Origin: Dehalococcoidia bacterium
GTDB lineage: Bacteria; Chloroflexota; Dehalococcoidia; Lucifugimonadales; UBA3495
DNA: 64,000 nucleotides
Direction: 5' to 3'
Assembly: GCA_965199995.1 (NCBI GenBank)
Contig: OZ241328.1
Location: 1,484,627-1,548,626 of the forward strand
Shown piece after piece: positions 1-9,095 of this stretch. The notes below the pieces were generated by a model that searched no databases, was not told where the DNA came from, and worked only from the letters and a program-made list of their open reading frames with translations. Position numbers and translations under genes: made by a program. Position 1 is the stretch's first letter. The number at the start of each line of letters is the position of its first letter.

Positions 1-503
1 TCGGCACCGGGGCCGCCGACGACAAGCTGGTTTTTCTCTGGGTGCCGCAGATGATAGAGCGTTACCTGGGGGAGACGCCGGTGCTGGAACAGGCTCCCAG
101 CTACAATTTGGCCGATATAGACAGCCGCCGTTTTGTTCTGGAGAATATGGAACGCCTGGTCATCAAGACCCGCCAAGGATATGGCGGCCTCGGCGTCTAC
201 GTCATGCCGGACCTAGGAGAGGGATACAAGGCCAGAGTAACCAACAACATTCTGCAGAATCCTTTAATGTTTATTGCTCAGGAAACCTTGGATTTTTCGC
301 AGCATATGGTTTTTAATGAAAGGAACGGCAGCCTTGAACCGCACCACATCGACCTCCGGGTATTCGCGGTGCAGGGCGGCGACGGCAGCGTGTCCGTCTT
401 TCCCGGCGGCCTGACTAGGGTAGCCCAGTCAGGCAGCAGAATCACGAACAACTCGTCCGGTGGTTTATGCAAACCAACGTGGGTAGTCCGACAGATACCA
501 TAA
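1..503 (+). CDS. circularly permuted type-2 ATP-grasp protein (DUF404/DUF407 family), C-terminal part; 5' end lies outside the window
   Basis: The frame is open from base 3. The translation ..DDKLVFLWVPQMIERYLGE..LVIKTRQGYGGLGVYV..HHIDLRVFAV..FPGGLTRVA..NNSSGGLCKPTWVV matches the conserved C-terminal half of this family (VPxMIxYYLGE, DLRxF, GGLTRVA, NSSxGG..K.TWV). Confidence 0.8.
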   Translation, partial: GTGAADDKLVFLWVPQMIERYLGETPVLEQAPSYNLADIDSRRFVLENMERLVIKTRQGYGGLGVYVMPDLGEGYKARVTNNILQNPLMFIAQETLDFSQHMVFNERNGSLEPHHIDLRVFAVQGGDGSVSVFPGGLTRVAQSGSRITNNSSGGLCKPTWVVRQIP

Positions 504-1423
504 CTGCGTCCTTCATATACGCGGTTAGATACGGCTACTCCGATACTGTTATCCACAACGACAATCAACTCCGCATCTTCCCCCGTGATGGAGAGGGACA
601 GTTTTCCTTTGAGACAAACCTATGGTCCATCCCGTCCGGTCGCGGCGTTGACTACAAGGACCGCTTCGGGAATCAGGTGCGCCGCCTTCGGGTAATTGAG
701 CCCCACAGCACCTTCATCGTGGCGGCGGCGGGAACCGTGAGACTGTCTACGGAAATTCCGGCGGTTGATGACCTCGCCATTGCAGACTTGCGGAACTTGC
801 CGGAGAGTTTCGAATTCACCTCCGTCTCTCCGCTGGTGAACCCGGCAACCGTCGCCGACTTGGCTGTTGCTATCGCTGGCGGCGACGATAGCTTGCTGGC
901 AACTATCAACAGCACAGTGCAGTGGGTGTATCAAAACATCTTGTACAAACGGGGCACGACGTCCGTCGCCACTACTGCCGACCAAGTTGCGCTGGCCGGG
1001 GAAGGAGTCTGCCAAGACAAGACGCATCTGGCGCTGGGGATATTGCGGGCGCTGAACGTGCCTTGCCGCTATGTCAGCGGCCTGATAGCCGGACAGACCG
1101 GCGAAACTCATTCCTGGGTGGAGTTCTTCCATCCCTATCACGGGTGGCTGGGAGCCGACCCCACTAGGGGTTTAATCCTTCCGCCTGCTGGTGATTATGT
1201 CAAGTTAAGCGCCGGCCGCGACTATACCGACATATCGCCAGTGACCGGCTCGTTCCTGTCTAAGGGAGAAGCCCAGGACATCGCGGCCATTGCCGACGTC
1301 ACGCTGGCCGTAAGGAAATCCACGCTGGGGGATGCGCTAGAACTACTTGAGCAGGCTTATGTGGTGCAGAACGATAGCGGCGGCCTCGGCGCGCCAATGG
1401 AAAGACCGGAGAAAGACAGATGA
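467..1423 (+). CDS. transglutaminase-like family protein (N-terminal Bact_transglu_N-type region plus Cys-His-Asp core)
   Basis: The core motif is GEGVCQDKTHLALGILRALNVPCRYVSGL...GETHSWVEFF..GWLGADPT. It overlaps the ATP-grasp stop by 37 nt. A GTG at 479 is an alternative start. Confidence 0.85.
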   Translation: MQTNVGSPTDTITASFIYAVRYGYSDTVIHNDNQLRIFPRDGEGQFSFETNLWSIPSGRGVDYKDRFGNQVRRLRVIEPHSTFIVAAAGTVRLSTEIPAVDDLAIADLRNLPESFEFTSVSPLVNPATVADLAVAIAGGDDSLLATINSTVQWVYQNILYKRGTTSVATTADQVALAGEGVCQDKTHLALGILRALNVPCRYVSGLIAGQTGETHSWVEFFHPYHGWLGADPTRGLILPPAGDYVKLSAGRDYTDISPVTGSFLSKGEAQDIAAIADVTLAVRKSTLGDALELLEQAYVVQNDSGGLGAPMERPEKDR

Positions 1424-1953
1424 TGGACAGCACGGATTCGAGAGCTATTGCCTTGGGCGAAAGTCGCTGGATTACCGATTCCCGCGTTTACAACCTGTTA
1501 TGGCTGGGGCGCTGGATTGAGCGCGCTCATACCATCGCCGGCGTGGTGCGCTGGGCGGCTCATCAAGACGCGGCCGGAGGCGGGCCGGAACTGGATACCG
1601 TTCTGGGCATGGCAGCCAGCATACGGGGCGTAAACGTCGGGCCGGATGACACTTCCCTTGACTTGTTGTTAACCCGAGACAGTGGGGCATCGTTGCGCGG
1701 CTGTCTGGTAGCGGCAAGGTTCAACGCTACCTACGTTGCTCCGGTGGAAGTTATTCAGGTCATCGGCGCGGCCATTGCCCTGATGGACACCGGCGGCCAG
1801 CCCTTGACCACGTCGCAAGAGGTAGCGGAGCTGATGGACGAAGTTCTGCCTGTGTTGGAAGCCCTTCATTCCGTCATCGAGGGCGCATGGTTTCATTCGG
1901 GCCCGCTGTCGGAGGAAGAAGTCTACCGCCGGTTTGTTCAGCAACAACAATAG
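1420..1953 (+). CDS. short alpha-E domain protein (DUF403-like)
   Basis: The N-terminal RVYNLLWLGRWIERAHTIAGVV resembles the alpha-E signature (SLYWMGRYIERAENTARL). It is 177 aa, roughly half the usual alpha-E length as I recall it. An ATGA overlap with the transglutaminase stop suggests translational coupling. Confidence 0.6.
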   Translation: MMDSTDSRAIALGESRWITDSRVYNLLWLGRWIERAHTIAGVVRWAAHQDAAGGGPELDTVLGMAASIRGVNVGPDDTSLDLLLTRDSGASLRGCLVAARFNATYVAPVEVIQVIGAAIALMDTGGQPLTTSQEVAELMDEVLPVLEALHSVIEGAWFHSGPLSEEEVYRRFVQQQQ

Positions 1954-2025
1954 GGCAATAGGGCTTACGCTGCGAGCATTCGCATTCCAGGTTTCTGCCG
2001 TCGGCTGGGCTGGCATTGCCGGAGT

Positions 2026-3060
2026 TCAGGCAGGCTTTCGGCGAAGCGGCGCGCTGACCTCGTGCATATAACCCAGAATCTCCCGTTGCGACTGCCAAAA
2101 CCCCGTTTCATGGTAGGGAATGCCTCGTTCCAGGCAAAAGGCCTTAACGACGTCGCGGGCATCTTTAAGGCGGTTGCGGGGCATATTCGGAAAGAGGTGG
2201 TGCTCTATCTGGTAATTCAGGCCGCCGTAGGCGAAGTCTATCACCGGATTGGGCAATACATCGCGGGCGGTAAGCACTTGCTGGCGCAGATAGTCCAGTT
2301 TCACGCCGGGATCCAGCACCGGCATCCCTTTATGGTTGGGGGCAAACACCGCCCCCATGTGGAATCCTGCCAGCGCGCGATGCACCACGATGAACAGCGC
2401 AGCCTGCCAAGGTGGGAGAAACCAGAACAGAATCCCCAGATACAGCCCAATACCGGCCAGAACCACCGTGACCTCGGCAACGGGGTAGCGCACCCGCTCC
2501 CGGCGCACCAGGTAGGCGATTCCTCCCCCCAGCAGGCTTAACGAAGTTAGCAACAGAACGGGGTAGAAGAAGAACGCCTGATACTTCACCAGAAACCGCA
2601 ACAGGCCCTTTTTCTCCAAGGACTGTTCTTCAGTGAAGGCAAACACCGAAACTTCGATGTCGCCGTCCGCGTCGAGCTGATTGGGATTGCTGTGGTGAGT
2701 GTTGTGCTTATCCTGCCACCAACTGGGAGTCATCCCGGTGACCAGGCCGGCGAGCAGCAGCACCATGTCATTGTTGCGGGAGGAGCGGAAAATCTGGCGG
2801 TGGCCCGAGTCGTGGCCTATAAAACCGAACTGAGCGAAGATCGCGGCTAGGAACACAGCGTTGAGCAACTGGACCCAAAGTTGATCAAATAGCGCAATAA
2901 CCGCGATGCCCAAAGCGAGCATCGCCAGCATTCCGGGGATTTTCACGGCGTAGTAGAGATACTGACGCTCCAGCAACCCTTTTTCGGCAACCATCTGCCG
3001 GAGTTGCAAGTAGTCATTCCCGGAATCTTCTCTAATAGAGTCTTCTATCGCGGCATCCAC
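2026..3060 (-). CDS. membrane fatty-acid desaturase family protein
   Basis: Three His boxes are present (HDSGHRQ, HNTHHSNPN, QIEHHLFP), together with hydrophobic segments. Confidence 0.85.
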   Translation of the reverse strand: MDAAIEDSIREDSGNDYLQLRQMVAEKGLLERQYLYYAVKIPGMLAMLALGIAVIALFDQLWVQLLNAVFLAAIFAQFGFIGHDSGHRQIFRSSRNNDMVLLLAGLVTGMTPSWWQDKHNTHHSNPNQLDADGDIEVSVFAFTEEQSLEKKGLLRFLVKYQAFFFYPVLLLTSLSLLGGGIAYLVRRERVRYPVAEVTVVLAGIGLYLGILFWFLPPWQAALFIVVHRALAGFHMGAVFAPNHKGMPVLDPGVKLDYLRQQVLTARDVLPNPVIDFAYGGLNYQIEHHLFPNMPRNRLKDARDVVKAFCLERGIPYHETGFWQSQREILGYMHEVSAPLRRKPA

Positions 3061-3196
3061 ATACTCCCGATTAACCGCGCTGTTCAGAACTCTGGGCAGA
3101 ACTCTTTGAGTAGCTATATCTAGGTCTCCGTGCTGGGTATCAGTTGATGGGCTCTTTCTTGCAGGGGTCTTGCAGGGGCATAAGGAGCGGCGAAAG

Positions 3197-3997
3197 CTAG
3201 GCAGTCAACGCCTTGGAGGTCTCTTCCTGAATCCGGGCTGCCGATTCCTTCAGCGAGTTGAGCACGATGGTGGGCGGAGCGGGTGCAACGGAAGTGTAAT
3301 TGACTCCCATGCTCAATAAGTCCTGGGGCGACAGACGCAGCGCCGAGTGATTAACCGGGATGTATACCTTGGCCTTGCCTACGGCGTTCACTCTATCCGC
3401 CAAGTTAATGAATGTTTCCTTCAGCCGCGGGTCATTGGGGTCGGTCATGCCCAGCGCGGTGGAGATGTCCGTGGGGCCGAGGGATATGACGTCCACGCCG
3501 TCAACGGCGGCAATCTCTTCGATTTCGTCTAGTCCCCGCTTGTCCTCTGTCATCACAATAAGGAGAATTTCCTCGTTGGAGGTCTCCATGTGCTCCGTCC
3601 AAGGAACTGCGCCGTAGCCCGCGGCGCGGGTGCTGCCTGCGCCGCCGCGCTCGCCCACCGGGGGATAGCGGACAGCGGCAACGGCGCGCTTTGCGCCTTC
3701 CACTCCTTCGATATGCGGCACCTGGATCCCCTGGGCGCCCGCGTCGAGGATGCGCAGAATGGTCTTGGGGTTATTCTCTGGCACTCGCACGATGGGGGTT
3801 ATATTGCAAAGGTCGGCCACTCGAATCATCTCAGCGACGGTCTTCATATCAAAGGCCGAATGCTCCATATCGATAAACGCGCCGTCGAATCCGGCAGCCG
3901 CAATTATCTCCACCACCGCAGGGTCAGAAAACCCGATGTGGCTGACGATAGCCAATCCACCTTCCCGCATAACGCGCTTGACACGGTTCTCTTTCAT
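3197..3997 (-). CDS. HpcH/HpaI family aldolase (2-keto-3-deoxy-acid aldolase type)
   Basis: GFDGAFIDMEHSAFD, PIVRVPENN and LDAGAQGIQVPHIE are typical of the HpcH/HpaI TIM-barrel aldolases. Confidence 0.8.
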   Translation of the reverse strand: MKENRVKRVMREGGLAIVSHIGFSDPAVVEIIAAAGFDGAFIDMEHSAFDMKTVAEMIRVADLCNITPIVRVPENNPKTILRILDAGAQGIQVPHIEGVEGAKRAVAAVRYPPVGERGGAGSTRAAGYGAVPWTEHMETSNEEILLIVMTEDKRGLDEIEEIAAVDGVDVISLGPTDISTALGMTDPNDPRLKETFINLADRVNAVGKAKVYIPVNHSALRLSPQDLLSMGVNYTSVAPAPPTIVLNSLKESAARIQEETSKALTA

Positions 3998-4068
3998 TGC
4001 ACTTTACCTCTAGGTCAACCTGACTGCTTGCGCAACTCAAGCAGTGTAGATAGCGCGGCACAGCCCTG

Positions 4069-4809
4069 TCAAACTTTCTCGCTGCGGGGCGGCGGGACCA
4101 CCAGCTCAATTTCATCACCAAGGGACACGATACCAGGGCTTTCCACGATGCCATACACACCGAAGTACGGAGCGCGGACGGCGGGACGGTAGGTCAGCAG
4201 CAGGCGCGGGGTGTCAAAGTCGCGCTGGCCGGTGTAGGGGTCCACCGTGGTGATGGCGCAGCGCGGGTCGGGGGCGACCAACCTAAGCCTCAATTCCGGG
4301 CCGACGGCGATGACCCCGCCGAGCCAGAAGTCCTCTTCATGGGGAGAACAGCCATCCAGCAGAAAATTAGGGCGAAAGCGCCTCCCTTCGAATTCCATGG
4401 CTCCGCCGGTCTTCTGGCTCAAGAAGTCAATCGACGCTTGCGACAGCAGCGATATGGGGTATTCATCGAAAGATAGCCCTGGACCGTCGGTCTTTACCAG
4501 CCGGACCGGGCCACCACAGAACAGGGAAAGCGCTTCGTTCCATTCTTCCGCGGCAACTCGCCCCGATACGAGGCGGCCCCATACAGGGGTTCGCACAGCC
4601 TCACCCAATTCGACCCGGCCCGACAATTCCCGGCCGTCGGGAAACGCCAAGGAGAGGCATTCTCTTGCAGCGTCGTAAGTGGAGGATACCAAGGCCAATT
4701 GGGGACGCTGCCGTTGCGTGAGCAACCCCCCACGCCCGTTTATCAGGTGGAAGTGGCGGTCTTCGGCAATCCCCGACGAGCTCACCAGCACCGATTCCCG
4801 TCTTTGCAA
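4069..4809 (-). CDS. MOSC domain-containing protein
   Basis: It contains RRFRPNFLLDG, ..LVAPDPRCAITTVDPYTG and FGVYG, which are MOSC C-terminal signatures. Confidence 0.7.
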   Translation of the reverse strand: MQRRESVLVSSSGIAEDRHFHLINGRGGLLTQRQRPQLALVSSTYDAARECLSLAFPDGRELSGRVELGEAVRTPVWGRLVSGRVAAEEWNEALSLFCGGPVRLVKTDGPGLSFDEYPISLLSQASIDFLSQKTGGAMEFEGRRFRPNFLLDGCSPHEEDFWLGGVIAVGPELRLRLVAPDPRCAITTVDPYTGQRDFDTPRLLLTYRPAVRAPYFGVYGIVESPGIVSLGDEIELVVPPPRSEKV

Positions 4810-4882
4810 AGCCAGGGACTTGACCGCCGCAGTATATATGGCATTTACGGTAGGCAGGGTTCTGTCCTTAGATAAGCCAGAT

Positions 4883-6304
4883 TTATTCCAGGGATTCAGG
4901 CCGCCGGCCCAGAGTTACCTCCACTTCCTTCTGCTCTCCGTCTTGCAGAACCGTAAAAGTAACTACATCGCCGGGGCTGTTGTGGTAGGTCAAGTAGGCA
5001 ATTAGCTCGCTGGAACCGACGATTTGGTCAAGGCCGATGGCGATGATGATGTCCCCCCCGGCTGGGAATTGTACACCATCTATCTCGACGTTTGATTCCG
5101 ACTCTCGCAATCCTGCCTTGTGGGCCGGGCTATCCTCAACAACTTCTGTAATCAGGGCGCCCTTGGTCTCCTTGGCCAACCCTAGCTCTTCAGCATAAGC
5201 CGAGTTTAAAGATATAATTTTAACTCCCAGCCAAGGATAGTTGAACTCGCCCTCCTCAATCAAGGGCGGCACCACCCGTTTAGCAATGTTTACCGGCACC
5301 GCCATACCGACGCCTGAAAAGTTGCCGGTGCTGCTGATAATCTGGGTGTTGATGCCAATGACTTGCCCCAAACGGTTCAAGAGCGGGCCGCCGGAGTTAC
5401 CCGGATTGATAGCCGAATCCGTTTGTATCACTTCCGGTATACTGAAGTTGGCTTGTCCTGTTATGTTGCGCCCCACCGCGCTGACGATACCCGAAGTCAT
5501 AGTGAATTCCTGACCGAAGGGCGCGCCAATGGCGACGGAGAGTTGGCCTACCTTGACCTCGCCACTGTCGCCCAGCAACGCCGGCACCAGTGGCCGGTCT
5601 ACTTCTTCCAGTTTAATTACCGCCAGGTCGGAATGCGGGTCGCTGCCCACTACGGTGGCCTTCGCCTGCGTAGAGTCGGAGAAAAACACGGTCACCCCGC
5701 TCGGTTCTTCTAGCACATCTTCCACCACGTGATGATTGGTGACTATGTGGCCTTCATCGTCCCATACGAATCCGGACCCGGCGGACCATAACAGACCTTC
5801 AGGAATCCCCGGCATATCTCTCAGCCTCTCTCTTGCTGGGTTCGCAACCCTGAGATAGACCACAGAAGGAAGAGTTTCCTCGTAAATTCCAATGAGAACA
5901 TCCTCGAAGGCCGCCACCATTTGCTCCGATGTAACTGGAGCGGCATCGGTATCAGACGAAGTTTCGTCAGCCGCTAACTGAGCGGACAAAGCGGCAGGAC
6001 TGTCTAACCGTTCAGTTCGGTTTTCCGGCACAGTGGACGCAGAGGAAGAAACGTTGACTGATTCGGATGTAGGTAATACATTCCCGGTCGATGCAATGTT
6101 GCTCACCGTGGCCGAAACCTCACCTTCGACGGTGGTGAATTGCGCCGCTTCAGGTCCGGAATCAGGCGCGGACGTTGGGGTTGCGGAGTCGCTACAAGCC
6201 GCGAGGCTTACCGCAAACACGCTCAGCATCAGCAACACCGCTGCCTCTCTTAGCGTCTTGGCAATCTGTCTACGCATATACAACACCCCTCCTAATAGTT
6301 GCAA
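4883..6304 (-). CDS. HtrA/DegP-type trypsin-like serine protease with PDZ domain; probable lipoprotein
   Basis: Catalytic motifs TNHHVV, DLAVIKL and GNSGGPLLN are present, followed by a C-terminal PDZ domain (GALITEVVEDSPAHKAGL). The N-terminus has the lipobox-like LSVFAVSLAAC. The real start may be the internal Met at 6277. Confidence 0.9.
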   Translation of the reverse strand: MQLLGGVLYMRRQIAKTLREAAVLLMLSVFAVSLAACSDSATPTSAPDSGPEAAQFTTVEGEVSATVSNIASTGNVLPTSESVNVSSSASTVPENRTERLDSPAALSAQLAADETSSDTDAAPVTSEQMVAAFEDVLIGIYEETLPSVVYLRVANPARERLRDMPGIPEGLLWSAGSGFVWDDEGHIVTNHHVVEDVLEEPSGVTVFFSDSTQAKATVVGSDPHSDLAVIKLEEVDRPLVPALLGDSGEVKVGQLSVAIGAPFGQEFTMTSGIVSAVGRNITGQANFSIPEVIQTDSAINPGNSGGPLLNRLGQVIGINTQIISSTGNFSGVGMAVPVNIAKRVVPPLIEEGEFNYPWLGVKIISLNSAYAEELGLAKETKGALITEVVEDSPAHKAGLRESESNVEIDGVQFPAGGDIIIAIGLDQIVGSSELIAYLTYHNSPGDVVTFTVLQDGEQKEVEVTLGRRPESLE

Positions 6305-6499
6305 TTAAATCTACGATGGGGGAAAACAAGCGGATTTTATTCGTCTTTGAAAAGCAGGTTATTGAAGAAAATTTCACAAATAGCAGGCAGGGCAGGGCCA
6401 TCATATGTGAAATCACAACCCGGCCGCTCCGGAGGAAACCCAGGGTCCGGAGCGTTGAGGATGCCTAATTTGGAGAATAATGCCGCCCAATTCGGTTTA

Positions 6500-6527
6500 T
6501 GGATTCCCGCGTCCGCGGGAATGACGG
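6500..6527. repeat. REP-type palindromic element, family 1 (ATTCCCGC-N4-GCGGGAATGACGG)
   Basis: The sequence tggATTCCCGCgtccGCGGGAATgacgg has 8-bp perfect arms. It lies in the htrA/nfeD divergent intergenic region, and the same core occurs at 9931 and 47768. Confidence 0.85.
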
Positions 6528-6642
6528 ATATACACCGCCTATATACAATAGCCCTGTAAGCAGGGGCAACAGTAGCTAAACGCGGATGAAAGCTGGCGTA
6601 TAATAAAGTCTGAGATTTCATCCCACCGGACGATTCCGGTGC

Positions 6643-8016
6643 ATGGCGAGTTGCGATTTGGCGTCATTAGGCCGTATCAAGCGTCTAATTTCGTTCTGCA
6701 CTGCGATTGCATTGCTCCTAGGCCTTGCCGGGCCTCTGGCGGCGCAAGCCGAAGCGCAGGCAATATCAGAACCGCACTTCATCATCATCACAGTAGACGG
6801 CGCTATAAACCCCATCGAGGCTCGCTATATCGAGCGCGCCATTGAAGAGGCCGGGAATAGCGGGGCTGAGCTGTTGCTCATCCAGCTCGACACTCCGGGA
6901 GGGCTGCTAGACTCGACGCGGGACATCGTGGAACTGTTGCTGTCTTCGCCGGTGCCGACGGCAGTCTACGTATCCCCTGCCGGAGCTCGGGCCGGCTCGG
7001 CAGGGACGTTCATTACTGCCGCCGCCAATTTCGCCGTGATGGCTCCGGGAACTAACATCGGCGCGGCTACCCCAGTCTCCTCCACCGGACAGGACTTGGG
7101 CGAAACGCTGGCCAGCAAGGTTGAGAATGACGCGGCGGCCCTGATTCGCAGCATCGCCCAGGAACGCGGCCGCAATGCCGAATTGCTCGAAGCCACTGTG
7201 AGAGAGGCTGCGTCCTATACGGCGAAGGAAGCCTTTGCCGGGAATGTAGTGGACTTCCTCGCCGAGGATATCGAAAGCCTACTGACTCAACTGGACGGGC
7301 GCACCGCGCTAACTCCCGCAGGCCCGGCTAAGATGGAAACCGCCGGGTTAGCGAAACGAAGCCTCGACAAGAACCTACTGGAGGGGCTGCTGGGATTCCT
7401 GGCCAATCCGAATGTATCCTTCCTTCTGCTAACCATCGGAGGGCTAGGGATAATAATCGAGCTGTTCAGTCCGGGCCTGATTGTTCCGGCCGTGGTGGGC
7501 GTGATATGCCTAATCCTAGCTTTCGTAGCCCTGGGCAACCTGCCGGTCAACTGGGCCGGCGTAGCCCTGATTCTGCTGGCTATTGTCCTCGCCGCGGCAG
7601 AGGTATTAGTGGCGGGTTTCGGGATCCTGGGCATTGGTTCGGGGGTCAGTTTGGTAATTGGCGGCCTGCTCCTGTTTGCCCAGTTTGGCGATTCCTCTCC
7701 CACTCTGCACCCACTGTCGGTTAATCGCTGGCTTATCTTTGGCACCGGCATAGTAGCGGCCGGCAGTGTGCTATATTTGGCTAGAGAAGCATTGAAGTCG
7801 CGCCGTCAACGCCGGGCAGACTCCAACATTTCTCTCATCGGAGAAATGGGGGTGGTTACTCTGGATCTGTCTCCCCGGGGCGTCGTGCGCGTCGCCAGCG
7901 ACACGTGGACAGCCGTCAGCGCTGATGGAGACACAATTGAAGTTGGCGAGGCGGTCTGGGTTCTGGATGTTGAGGGTCTGGTATTGAGCGTGGCCCGCAC
8001 TAATATATCTACCTAG
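6643..8016 (+). CDS. NfeD-family membrane-bound ClpP-class serine protease (long form with C-terminal OB domain)
   Basis: A signal peptide is followed by a ClpP-like N-terminal domain (IQLDTPGGLLDST, SAGTFI), then several TM helices and a C-terminal soluble domain. It sits immediately upstream of an SPFH gene, which is the canonical pairing. Confidence 0.85.
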   Translation: MASCDLASLGRIKRLISFCTAIALLLGLAGPLAAQAEAQAISEPHFIIITVDGAINPIEARYIERAIEEAGNSGAELLLIQLDTPGGLLDSTRDIVELLLSSPVPTAVYVSPAGARAGSAGTFITAAANFAVMAPGTNIGAATPVSSTGQDLGETLASKVENDAAALIRSIAQERGRNAELLEATVREAASYTAKEAFAGNVVDFLAEDIESLLTQLDGRTALTPAGPAKMETAGLAKRSLDKNLLEGLLGFLANPNVSFLLLTIGGLGIIIELFSPGLIVPAVVGVICLILAFVALGNLPVNWAGVALILLAIVLAAAEVLVAGFGILGIGSGVSLVIGGLLLFAQFGDSSPTLHPLSVNRWLIFGTGIVAAGSVLYLAREALKSRRQRRADSNISLIGEMGVVTLDLSPRGVVRVASDTWTAVSADGDTIEVGEAVWVLDVEGLVLSVARTNIST

Positions 8017-8061
8017 CTCAACCCCCAAATAAGGCAGGGCAGTTACCTCAAGGAGGACGCT

Positions 8062-8946
8062 ATGGCGGCAGGTCTTATCATGGTTCAGCAGTACCAGCGC
8101 ATGGTCGTGCAGCGGTTTGGAACGTATGTCGGCACCAAAAGATCGGGACTGCACTTCCTTATCCCCTTCGTATATCACGGGACAAAGATCGATCTGCGAG
8201 AGCGGGTGGCTCGAGTCCCCACTCAGAAGTACATCACCTCGGACAACGTAGTGGTGGACATGGATTTCGTTATCTACTATCGCGTAATGGAGAATATGTC
8301 CGACCGGGCCGTTCTGGAGGTGCAGAACTTCGAACTGGCTGTAGTCAACCTAGCCTTCGCCACTCTCCGCGCAGTAATCGGCGCAACCACCCTGTCGGAA
8401 GCGCTCGCTGAGCGGGAGCGCATTCGCGACGCCCTACAGGTAAGGATGGACGAGGTTACGGAGCGATGGGGGGTTAAGGTCTCGCAGGTGGAAATCAATG
8501 AGATAGACCCGCCCATCGGTGTGAAGGCGGCCATGGAGCGAGAAAAGTCCGCCGAGGCTATCAAGACTGCCGAGATTACCGAGTCCGAAGGGGCCAGGCA
8601 GTCCCAAATTAACCGGGCGGAAGGGGAAAAGCAGTCGGCCATCCTGAAAGCCGAGGGGGAGCGGCAGTCGGAGATTCTCAAGGCCGAGGGCGAACAGCAG
8701 GCCGCCGTTCTGCGGGCGATGGGCTTCAGCGAGGCGCTGGAGCGAATCAACTCCGTAGCCCACGAGGCCGATGGCCGCACCATGAGCCTGCAATACTTCG
8801 ACACGCTGAAGTCGCTGGGAGAATCCCCGTCCACCAAGTGGATATTCCCCATGGAGTTTACCTCCATGCTGGGCAACTTCATGTCAATGGGCGGCAACAC
8901 CGGCAGCAATGGCAACAATGAACGTCAGAACAACGGTGCCGGGTAG
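8062..8946 (+). CDS. SPFH/band-7 (stomatin-like) protein
   Basis: It has an SPFH core (YQRMVVQRFGTYVG..GLHFLIPF..TSDNVVVDMD..WGVKV..VEI) and a coiled-coil AEGE(K/R)Q repeat tail. Confidence 0.9.
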   Translation: MAAGLIMVQQYQRMVVQRFGTYVGTKRSGLHFLIPFVYHGTKIDLRERVARVPTQKYITSDNVVVDMDFVIYYRVMENMSDRAVLEVQNFELAVVNLAFATLRAVIGATTLSEALAERERIRDALQVRMDEVTERWGVKVSQVEINEIDPPIGVKAAMEREKSAEAIKTAEITESEGARQSQINRAEGEKQSAILKAEGERQSEILKAEGEQQAAVLRAMGFSEALERINSVAHEADGRTMSLQYFDTLKSLGESPSTKWIFPMEFTSMLGNFMSMGGNTGSNGNNERQNNGAG

Positions 8947-8972
8947 AGGGCAGACACGGCCGGAACGCCAGA

Positions 8973-9006
8973 AAGGGCCGGGCTTGATGCCCGGCCCTTG
9001 GTTTTG
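8973..9006. terminator. bidirectional rho-independent terminator between the SPFH gene and hpf
   Basis: aAGGGCCGGGCttgatGCCCGGCCCTTggtttt has an 11-bp GC-rich stem followed by a T-run, with an A-run on the other side. It lies between convergent genes. Confidence 0.6.
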
Positions 9007-9095
9007 TGGCCTTTGTTTGTGCGGAGGGAATGACCAGTCGTCCTGACTTTGTGCGCTTTGCGGCTATACGCTATGCGGGGAAAGAAGCTCGCTGT

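Noticed and set aside
6599-6604. A TATAAT hexamer upstream of nfeD as a promoter.
   Set aside because: The -10 box is perfect, but no acceptable -35 element occurs at 16-18 nt spacing, and there is no supporting evidence. It is not reported as a feature.
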